The notes beneath the pieces are model-generated. The model worked only from the letters and a program-made list of their open reading frames with translations, was not told where the DNA came from and did not search any database. The position numbers were made by a program, and so were the translations under genes. A stretch of 64,000 nucleotides of DNA from an uncultured Chloroflexia bacterium. GTDB taxonomy: Bacteria; Chloroflexota; Limnocylindria; Limnocylindrales; CSP1-4. The stretch is from contig CAVQNC010000010.1 in NCBI GenBank assembly GCA_963713795.1, forward strand, positions 103,966 to 167,965, read 5' to 3'. Every line of letters starts with the position of its first letter. The first letter of the stretch is position 1. This document shows positions 30,128 through 37,812 of this stretch, in pieces.

Positions 30128-30836
30128 AACACCTCTCTCGGGCGAGCGAGTCGTGCCTGCCGGCGCGGGCGCGGCATCTGCCGGCGGTACCGCAGGCACG
30201 TCCGGGCGGTTGTCGCTGCCCATAGGGATCATCTCGAGGCCGCGCCTGGCGAGCCACGAACTGATGAACTCAGCCAGGGCCCGGTCGTCGTTGGCCAGAA
30301 CGGTGCGTGCCCTGTGTCGTGGGCGGCGAAGCCGCTCGTCCGTGCGACCACCTCACCTTTCAGCCGAGGAGCCGGCTCGTTGACCTGCCTTGAATGGTGC
30401 TTGCCCCACCCCATTACGTCAACCCCGGAGTCGGCCGGCGGACCGCGCAGCCGAGACGTGGCTCTCCCTAGTCGAGCGGGAGTCACATCCGGCCGCGAGG
30501 CCGGCAGGGGCGCGCTTTCGCGGGGCGGCTGTGCCCCAAGTGTTTTGAGAATGATTTGAGATTTGCGGCGGGTTGTCGGGAATAGAGTTCGGTCACAAGC
30601 GCCCGGGCCCACGCACTGGTAGGAGAAGTGGGTCACCCCAGGAGAGGAGGTATGGTCGCGGTACCTGGTAGCGGCGTGCGCCTGGCAGGCCGCACTCGGG
30701 TACTCGCACGGGGACCGGCTTCGGCATAGCTGGGTTCGCGACGCCGAGATTTACCAAACCATCGAATTCCGAATCCCATCTGGCGGATCCGCTACCCCGG
30801 TGGATTTCGCCGATGGGGCGCCAGGGAGATTTGAGA

Positions 30837-31601
30837 ATGGTCGAGAAAATGGTTGCCGAGATCTTCGGCACGGCGATTCTGGTCCTTCTGGGCGACGGCG
30901 TTGTAGCGGGTGTCCTGCTCTCGAAGTCGAAGGCCCAGAACTCGGGCTGGATCGTCATAACCATGGCATGGGCATTCGCCGTCTTCATGGGCGTGTGCGT
31001 GGCCGGACCGCTCAGCGGCGCCCACCTTAACCCGGCCGTGACGATCGGCCTTGCCACCTACGGGTCGCTCCAGTCGGGCGCCGGCATCACCTGGGACCAG
31101 GTCCCGCCGTACATTGCCGGTGAGATGATCGGTGCCATGATCGGCGCGATCCTTGTGGTCATCCACTACTGGGATCACTTCAAGGCCACCGAGGACAAGG
31201 GCCTCAAGCTGGCGGTCTTCAGCACGGCCCCGAACATCCGCAACCTGCCGCTCAACCTGGTCTCGGAGATCATCGGCACCTTCGTGCTCGTCTTCGTGAT
31301 CCTCTGCTTCGGCCAGCCCGGTTCCAAGGCCCCGGCGACCATGGGCGCGCTGCCCGTCGCCCTGCTGGTCCTGGTCATCGGCCTCTCGCTCGGCGGTACG
31401 ACCGGATATGCGATCAACCCCGCCCGCGACCTCGGCCCGCGCATCATCCACGCCATCCTGCCAATTCCTGGCAAGGGCGGTTCGGACTGGGAGTACTCGT
31501 GGGTTCCCGTCGTCGGTCCGCTGATCGGCGGCGCAATCGCGGCCATCGTCTACTACGCGGCCTTCACCCAGTTCATCGTCCTCAAGATTCCGGTTTCGTA
31601 A
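30837..31601 (+). CDS. glpF: Glycerol uptake facilitator (MIP/aquaporin family)
   Basis: Two NPA boxes (HLNPAVTIG and AINPARDLGPR); six TM helices; ATG 8 nt after AGGGAG. Confidence 0.9.
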   Translation: MVEKMVAEIFGTAILVLLGDGVVAGVLLSKSKAQNSGWIVITMAWAFAVFMGVCVAGPLSGAHLNPAVTIGLATYGSLQSGAGITWDQVPPYIAGEMIGAMIGAILVVIHYWDHFKATEDKGLKLAVFSTAPNIRNLPLNLVSEIIGTFVLVFVILCFGQPGSKAPATMGALPVALLVLVIGLSLGGTTGYAINPARDLGPRIIHAILPIPGKGGSDWEYSWVPVVGPLIGGAIAAIVYYAAFTQFIVLKIPVS

Positions 31602-31716
31602 GCGGTCGTTTCAAGTTGAGCCGCCGGTTCGAGGCAACTCGGGCCGGCGGCTCGCCCTGCCGAACCGACCTGAACCGACCTGAACTGTCGGATCCAGGAG
31701 TCGCGGAGGAAGTCGA

Positions 31717-32715
31717 ATGAAGAAGCTCATCAACGCGCCGGACCGCGTCGTGGACGAGGCGCTGGCCGGCATGGCAGCGGCTCACCCGGATCTGATCCGG
31801 GTCGAGGAGCCAAACATCATCGTCCGAAAGGATGCCCCCAAGCGCGGCAAGGTCGGCATCATCTCCGGCGGCGGGTCGGGCCACGAACCCATGCACGGCG
31901 GCTTTGTCGGCATGGGCATGCTCGATGCCGCCTGCCCGGGCGCTGTGTTCACGTCACCGGTTCCGGATCAGATGCAGGCCGCCACCAGGGCGGTCAACGG
32001 CGGCGCCGGTGTGCTGCACATCGTCAAGAACTACACGGGCGATATCATGAACTTCGACCTCGCGGCTCAACTGACCGAGGCCGAAGGGATCCCGGTGAAG
32101 GCGGTCGTCATCGCCGACGACGTAGCCGTAAAGGACTCGCTCTACACCGCTGGCCGGCGCGGTGTCGGCGGGACGGTGCTCGCCGAGAAGATCGTCGGCG
32201 GCGCGGCCGAGGCCGGCGCCGATCTGGACAAGGTGACGGCCTTGTGCCAGAGGGTCCAGGACAATGTCCGTTCCATGGGCATGGCCCTGACCAGTTGCAC
32301 CGTCCCGGCGGCGGGCAAGCCCACCTTCGAGCTCGCCGACGACGAGATGGAGATCGGCATCGGCATTCACGGCGAGCCTGGCCGGACCAGGATGAAGCTC
32401 GCCCCAGCGGACGACATCGTCGAAATGCTGATGGTGCCGATCCTCGAAGACCTTCCGTTCAAGTCGGGTGACAAGGTGCTCGCCTTCGTCAACGGCATGG
32501 GCGGAACGCCGCTTATCGAGTTGTACGTCGTGTACAACGCGGTCAACAAGATCCTCAAGGGCCGTGGGATCACGATCGCACGGAACCTCGTCGGGAGTTA
32601 CATCACGTCCCTGGAGATGGCCGGCTGCTCTATCAGCTTGCTCAGGCTCGACGACGAGATGACCCGCTTCTGGGATGCCCCGGTCCATACGCCGGGTCTT
32701 CGCTGGGGCGTGTGA
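31717..32715 (+). CDS. dhaK: Dihydroxyacetone kinase subunit DhaK (copy 1)
   Basis: GGGSGHEP motif and DhaK fold; ATG after GGAGGAAG. Confidence 0.9.
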   Translation: MKKLINAPDRVVDEALAGMAAAHPDLIRVEEPNIIVRKDAPKRGKVGIISGGGSGHEPMHGGFVGMGMLDAACPGAVFTSPVPDQMQAATRAVNGGAGVLHIVKNYTGDIMNFDLAAQLTEAEGIPVKAVVIADDVAVKDSLYTAGRRGVGGTVLAEKIVGGAAEAGADLDKVTALCQRVQDNVRSMGMALTSCTVPAAGKPTFELADDEMEIGIGIHGEPGRTRMKLAPADDIVEMLMVPILEDLPFKSGDKVLAFVNGMGGTPLIELYVVYNAVNKILKGRGITIARNLVGSYITSLEMAGCSISLLRLDDEMTRFWDAPVHTPGLRWGV

Positions 32716-33365
32716 CGTCGATGGACCAAACCGGCCGGTTGTCGTTCGATGATGTCCGTGGCTGGATCCGGCGCTTCGCGGCGCAGATCGTCGCCAACAA
32801 GAAGTACCTGACCGAGCTCGACTCGGCCATCGGCGACGCCGACCACGGCATCAACATGGATCGCGGCTTCCAGGCTGCGATTCCGAAGCTAGATGCCCTT
32901 ACGGGCGAGGATCCCGGCGCAGCCTGCAAGCTCGTCGGGTCGACGCTCATCTCCACGGTCGGCGGAGCCGGCGGGCCCCTCTACGGCTCGCTCTTCCTCC
33001 AGTTCGGCATCGCCTTGTCCGGCCACGACACGATCAGCCTGAACGAATGGCTGACCGGATTCGACCTGGGCATCGCTGCGATCCAGCGGCTTGGAAAGGC
33101 CGAGGCCGGCGACAAAACGATGCTCGATGCCCTCATGCCCGCCCGCGACGCCCTCAAACAGGCTCTCGCCGATGGAAAGAGTCCCAGAGAGGCTCTCCTC
33201 GGCGCGGCCTCGGCGGCCGAGGCGGGGATGATAGGCACCATCCCGATCGTGGCCCGCAGGGGCCGGGCGAGCTACCTGGGAGAGCGCAGCGCGGGCCATC
33301 AGGACCCGGGCGCGACCTCCTCGTACATGCTCGTCAAAGCCGCAGCGGACGAATGGGCGGCCTAG
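32712..33365 (+). CDS. dhaL: Dihydroxyacetone kinase subunit DhaL (copy 1)
   Basis: DGDHGINM ADP-binding motif; 4-nt overlap with dhaK. Confidence 0.85.
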   Translation: MTSMDQTGRLSFDDVRGWIRRFAAQIVANKKYLTELDSAIGDADHGINMDRGFQAAIPKLDALTGEDPGAACKLVGSTLISTVGGAGGPLYGSLFLQFGIALSGHDTISLNEWLTGFDLGIAAIQRLGKAEAGDKTMLDALMPARDALKQALADGKSPREALLGAASAAEAGMIGTIPIVARRGRASYLGERSAGHQDPGATSSYMLVKAAADEWAA

Positions 33366-33375
33366 ATCCGCGGTA

Positions 33376-34905
33376 GTGGATTCCGGTTTATCGAAAGAGG
33401 TGACTAGATTGGCTCAGTATGTAGGCGCCCTGGACCAGGGGACTACAAGCACCCGCTTCATGATCTTCGATCACTCCGGCGGCGTCGTCGGGATCGATCA
33501 GAAGGAGCATGAGCAGATCTACCCGAAGCCGGGTTGGGTCGAGCACGATCCGCTGGAGATCTGGACGCGCAGCGTCGAGGTCATCCGCGGCGCCCTGGCC
33601 AAGGCCGGCATCAAGGCCTCCGACCTGGCGGCGGTCGGCATCACCAACCAGCGCGAGACCACGGTGGTCTGGGATCGCAAGACGGGCAAGCCCGTCTACA
33701 ACGCGATCGTCTGGCAGGACACCCGGACCGACGTGATCATCAACGAGTTCGCCAAGGACGGCGGCCAGGATCGGCTCCGCGCCAAGGTCGGCCTGCCTCT
33801 GGCGACCTACTTCTCCGGCCCGAAGATCAAGTGGATCCTCGACAACGTCGCGGGTGCCCGTGCCAAGGCCGACGCCGGAGACCTCCTCTTCGGCAACATC
33901 GACACCTGGTGCATCTGGAACCTGACCGGCGGCGTCAGCGGCGGCGTGCACGTCACGGACGTGAGCAACGCCAGCCGCACGATGCTGATGAACCTCGAGA
34001 CCCTGGACTGGGATCCCGAGATTCTCAAGCTCATGGGCATCCCGCGGTCCATGCTGCCGGCCATCAAGGCCTCCAGCGAGGTCTACGGCAAGGGCGTCGG
34101 CGACCTCGCCGGCGTTCCGGTGGCCGGTGACCTGGGTGACCAGCAGGCGGCCCTCTTCGGCCAGACGTGCTTCTCCGCCGGCGAGGCGAAGAACACCTAC
34201 GGCACGGGCTGCTTCATGCTCCTGAACACGGGCACCAAGGCGGTCCCGTCCAAGAGCGGCCTGCTGACCACGCTCGGATACAAGATCGGCGACCAGCCCG
34301 CGGTCTACGCCCTTGAAGGCTCGATCGCGATCACCGGCGCCCTGGTCCAGTGGCTGCGCGACAACCTTGGCATGATCAAGACCTCGCCCGAGATCGAAGA
34401 GCTTGCCAAGACGGTCGACGACAATGGCGGCGTGTACTTCGTGCCGGCCTTCTCCGGCCTGTTCGCGCCGTACTGGAAGAGCGATGCGCGCGGCGTCATC
34501 GCCGGATTGACTCGCTACGTCAACAAGGGCCACATCGCCCGAGCAGTGCTCGAGGCGACGGCCTGGCAGACCCGCGAAGTGCTCGACGCGATGAACTCCG
34601 ACTCCGGCGTTCCGCTAACCGCACTCAAGGTCGACGGCGGCATGGTCTTCAACGACCTGCTCATGCAGTTCCAGGCCGACGTCCTGGGCGTGCCGGTCAT
34701 CCGGCCGAAGGTCGCAGAGACGACCGCCCTGGGCGCCGCCTACGCTGCCGGCCTCGCGGTCGGCTTCTGGAAGGCCGTCGAGGACCTGCGGGCGAACTGG
34801 CAGAAGGATCACGAGTGGAAGCCCAAGATGGATGCCACCACTCGTGAGAAGGACCTCAAGCTCTGGAAGAAGGCCGTGACCCGGACCTTCGACTGGGTCG
34901 AGTAG
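33376..34905 (+). CDS. glpK: Glycerol kinase
   Basis: [17 protein letters not shown]-terminal motif, FGGY-family length. The true start may be the TTG at about 33409 (LAQYVGAL). Confidence 0.9.
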   Translation: MDSGLSKEVTRLAQYVGALDQGTTSTRFMIFDHSGGVVGIDQKEHEQIYPKPGWVEHDPLEIWTRSVEVIRGALAKAGIKASDLAAVGITNQRETTVVWDRKTGKPVYNAIVWQDTRTDVIINEFAKDGGQDRLRAKVGLPLATYFSGPKIKWILDNVAGARAKADAGDLLFGNIDTWCIWNLTGGVSGGVHVTDVSNASRTMLMNLETLDWDPEILKLMGIPRSMLPAIKASSEVYGKGVGDLAGVPVAGDLGDQQAALFGQTCFSAGEAKNTYGTGCFMLLNTGTKAVPSKSGLLTTLGYKIGDQPAVYALEGSIAITGALVQWLRDNLGMIKTSPEIEELAKTVDDNGGVYFVPAFSGLFAPYWKSDARGVIAGLTRYVNKGHIARAVLEATAWQTREVLDAMNSDSGVPLTALKVDGGMVFNDLLMQFQADVLGVPVIRPKVAETTALGAAYAAGLAVGFWKAVEDLRANWQKDHEWKPKMDATTREKDLKLWKKAVTRTFDWVE

Positions 34906-34917
34906 GGTCTCCACCAA

Positions 34918-34946
34918 TCCGGCGGCCGGCTTGCCCGGCCGCCGGA
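34918..34946 (+). terminator. Perfect 12-bp stem hairpin (TCCGGCGGCCGG-cttgc-CCGGCCGCCGGA) between glpK and the glpA-like gene
   Basis: Read directly from the sequence. No U-tract; may act as a terminator/attenuator or RNA processing site. Confidence 0.4.
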
Positions 34947-34979
34947 TAACAATGTTCGAACATCGCATCTGGCAGAACA

Positions 34980-36167
34980 ATGGATAGACAGTCAGGCGCA
35001 CCAAGGGTCGTCATCATCGGCGGCGGTGGCACGGGGGGAGCCCTCGCCCACGATCTGACTCTGCGCGGGGTCCGCGTGACCCTCGTCGAGCGCGGCGAAA
35101 TCACTTCGGGGACGACGGGCCGGCACCACGGCCTGCTCCACTGCGGCGCCCGGTACGCGGTCAAGGACCGCGAGTCCGCCGTTGAGTGCATTGAAGAGAA
35201 CACCATCCTGCGGAGGATCGCGCCGGGCTCGTTCGAGCTCAACGACGGGCTCTTCGTCGCGGTCACCGATGCCGAGGCGGATTACGAGAAGGTCTTCTTC
35301 GAGTCGTGCCAGGCCGCCGAGATTCCCGTCAGGAGAGTGGACCGGGCCGGGGCGCTGCGCCTCGAGCCCAGGCTGAACCCGGAGCTCCGGTGCGCCGTCC
35401 AGGTCCCCGACGGCACCATGGACGCGATGCGCATGCCGCTCCGGTTCTTCGCCACCGCCAAGCGCAACGGCGCCGATATCCGGCCGTTCAGCGAGGTCGT
35501 CGGGCTGACCATGACGGACGCGGCGTCGCCGCGCGCGGTCACCGGGGTGGCCGTGAAGGACCTCACGTCCGGCCGCACGTACGAGATCGGCGCGGACCTG
35601 GTGGTCAACGCGGGCGGGCCGTGGGCGGGCAAGGTGGCCGGAATGGCCGGTGTGGACGTGCCGATCCAGCCCTCGCCGGGGATCCTGGTCGCGGTCCGCG
35701 GCCGCTACTGCAACATGGTCGTCAACCGGCTCCACGCCTCCGGCGACGGCGACATCGTGGTGCCCCAGCGCGAGCTCTCAGTGATCGGAACGAGCTCGTG
35801 GGTCACCGACGATCCGGACCACCTGACCGTCCCATCCGACCACGTGGAGATGATGTTCCGCGAGGGATCGATGATGATCCCGTCGATCCGCACGGCCGAG
35901 ATTCGGGCGACCTGGTCCGCCGCCCGGCCGCTCATCGGCGAGCGCGGCGCCTCCACCGGCCGCGAGCTTTCGCGCACTTTCAAATGCTTCGACCACGCGG
36001 CCGACGACGGCGTCGAGGGCTTCGTGACCATCTCGGGAGGCAAGGCGACGACGCTGCGGGCGATGGCGGAGGCGACGGCCAACGTCGTGTGCCGCAAGCT
36101 CGGCGTCGACCGGCCGTGCATGACCCGCGAGGTCGTGCTGCTGCCCCACACGGAGTACTACGCATGA
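34980..36167 (+). CDS. glpA: Glycerol-3-phosphate dehydrogenase flavoprotein, GlpA-type but truncated (about 395 aa, lacks the C-terminal BFD-like domain)
   Basis: N-terminus VVIIGGGGTGGALAHDLTLRGVRVTLVERGEITSGTTGRHHGLLHCGARYAVKDRESAVECIEEN is collinear with the E. coli GlpA N-terminus as recalled. Confidence 0.8.
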   Translation: MDRQSGAPRVVIIGGGGTGGALAHDLTLRGVRVTLVERGEITSGTTGRHHGLLHCGARYAVKDRESAVECIEENTILRRIAPGSFELNDGLFVAVTDAEADYEKVFFESCQAAEIPVRRVDRAGALRLEPRLNPELRCAVQVPDGTMDAMRMPLRFFATAKRNGADIRPFSEVVGLTMTDAASPRAVTGVAVKDLTSGRTYEIGADLVVNAGGPWAGKVAGMAGVDVPIQPSPGILVAVRGRYCNMVVNRLHASGDGDIVVPQRELSVIGTSSWVTDDPDHLTVPSDHVEMMFREGSMMIPSIRTAEIRATWSAARPLIGERGASTGRELSRTFKCFDHAADDGVEGFVTISGGKATTLRAMAEATANVVCRKLGVDRPCMTREVVLLPHTEYYA

Positions 36168-36955
36168 GCGCCCAGGAGTCTCCGGTGACCGAAGGGGCTC
36201 AGGCCCCCGTCGATACCCACGCCACCTCGGGAACCGGCCGCCACGTCCGCTTCCGCGTCTCCCGTTTCAAGCAGGGCGACCAGCAGCCGCACCTCCAGGA
36301 CTACGACGTGGAGATTGCGCCGGCGACCACGGTCCTGGACGCCCTGACGGCGATCCGCCGCGACCAGGACCCGACGCTGCTCCTGCGCCATTCCTGCTTC
36401 CACGCGTCCTGCGGCACCTGCGGCATGCGCGTCAACGACAAGGAAGAGCTGGCCTGCGTCACGGCCGTCAGCGACCTCGACTGCGACACGGTCAAGGTGG
36501 AGCCGATCGCGAACCAGCGACTCGTTTCGGACCTGGTCACGGACATGGTCGACTTCTACGATCGGTTCCGGGCGATCGGCCGGCCGCTCATCCGCCAGAG
36601 TGAGGTCTACCCGGACTCGGAGGTCGCGCCGGGAGTCGAGGAGCACCGCCGCTACGAGAGCTGCATCGAATGCGGGCTCTGCCTGTCGGCCTGCCCGATC
36701 GTAGCCAGCGACGGCCGCTACCTCGGCCCGGCGGCGCTCGCGGCGGCCCAGCGTACCGTCGCCGAGCCGCGCGGTGGCGACAGCTTCTCCGTCCTGCGCC
36801 TGACCGACGACGCCCAGGCGGCCTGGCGCTGCCACCTGTCGTTCGAGTGCTCGGAGGCCTGCCCGTCCAACGTGGATCCGGCCGGCGCCATCATGTTCAT
36901 CCGCCGCAAGCTGGCAGGCCAGCGCGTCAACTCGATCTTCGGGAGGCGGTCATGA
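36164..36955 (+). CDS. Succinate dehydrogenase/fumarate reductase-type iron-sulfur subunit (SdhB-like: 2Fe-2S plus two 4Fe-4S-type motifs)
   Basis: ATGA overlap with the glpA stop. CFHASCGTCGMRVN...C plant-ferredoxin motif; CIECGLCLSACP; CHLSFECSEACP. The 5' 286 codons of track ORF 35306..36955 are a frame artefact. Confidence 0.75.
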   Translation: MSAQESPVTEGAQAPVDTHATSGTGRHVRFRVSRFKQGDQQPHLQDYDVEIAPATTVLDALTAIRRDQDPTLLLRHSCFHASCGTCGMRVNDKEELACVTAVSDLDCDTVKVEPIANQRLVSDLVTDMVDFYDRFRAIGRPLIRQSEVYPDSEVAPGVEEHRRYESCIECGLCLSACPIVASDGRYLGPAALAAAQRTVAEPRGGDSFSVLRLTDDAQAAWRCHLSFECSEACPSNVDPAGAIMFIRRKLAGQRVNSIFGRRS

Positions 36956-37353
36956 CCGTAAGGGAAGATAGGGCAAGCCCCCGGCGCCGCGGCGTCTACG
37001 GCTGGGTCGACCCGCGGGGTCGCCGGCTGGGTCACTGGGCCTTCATCCTCAACCGCCTGACCGGTCTGGGCATCCTTCTGTACCTGGGCCTGCATCTGGT
37101 CGTGCTGTCGATGCTGGCCACCGGCCCGAATGCCTGGGACAACTTCGTCTCCCTCGCCCTGACGCCCGTCTTCCTGTCCCTGGACGTGATCCTGATCTTC
37201 GGCCTGCTGCTCCACGGGCTCAACGGCATCCGCGTGACGCTTGTCGGCTTCGGCCTGGTGGTCGATCGCCAGAAGGCCCTCTTCGTGTCGCTGATGGTGA
37301 TAGGAGCCATCATCCTGGTCGTGGCGTCGCTCCACATTTTCGAGGTGGGGTAA
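36952..37353 (+). CDS. SdhC-like membrane anchor/cytochrome b subunit
   Basis: ATGA overlap with the FeS gene; 133 aa, three TM helices with His residues (HWAF, LHLV, LLHGLNG). Confidence 0.65.
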   Translation: MTVREDRASPRRRGVYGWVDPRGRRLGHWAFILNRLTGLGILLYLGLHLVVLSMLATGPNAWDNFVSLALTPVFLSLDVILIFGLLLHGLNGIRVTLVGFGLVVDRQKALFVSLMVIGAIILVVASLHIFEVG

Positions 37354-37356
37354 GCG

Positions 37357-37791
37357 ATGTCTGAGCCAATCTCCGGCCACTCCAAAGCGACCGATCAGCC
37401 GGTCGATCACGATGTCGAGCGCTCGACCTGGACGCCTTCGAACGAGTCCGGGAAGCCGGCCTGGGGCTGGATCCTGCAGGCGGTCACCGGCGTGCTGGTG
37501 CTGTTCCTTCTGACCTTCCACATGATCGCCAACCATTTCATGGTGACCAAGGGCCTGCGCGACGCCGCCTCCGTGGCCCAGTGGTTCTCGAACCCGCTCG
37601 TCGTCGTCCTGGAGGTAACCTTTCTGGTGATGGTGACGTGGCACGGGCTGCTCGGCCTGCGCGCGATCATCTTCGACTTCGGCTTCAGCCCGAAGACGGA
37701 GCGCCGGATTACCTGGACCCTGACAGTGGTTGGCACAGTGGCGGTCGTCTATGGAATCTGGCTTACGTCGGTGATCGTCTCCCGGGGTTGA
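37357..37791 (+). CDS. SdhD-like hydrophobic membrane anchor subunit
   Basis: 144 aa, three TM helices (FHMIANHFMV, WHGLLGLRAI); follows the SdhC-like gene after 3 nt. Confidence 0.6.
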   Translation: MSEPISGHSKATDQPVDHDVERSTWTPSNESGKPAWGWILQAVTGVLVLFLLTFHMIANHFMVTKGLRDAASVAQWFSNPLVVVLEVTFLVMVTWHGLLGLRAIIFDFGFSPKTERRITWTLTVVGTVAVVYGIWLTSVIVSRG

Positions 37792-37812
37792 TCCTGCGAC
37801 TGGAGGCGTGGC

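Noticed and set aside
30593-31057. 154-aa minus-strand ORF overlapping the glpF start
   Set aside because: It is antisense to glpF and to the upstream leader region, with no motif and no RBS.
35306-36955. 549-aa track ORF spanning the glpA-like and FeS genes
   Set aside because: Its first about 286 codons are an alternative frame over the glpA-like gene. The real FeS-subunit gene starts at ATG 36164, overlapping the glpA stop.
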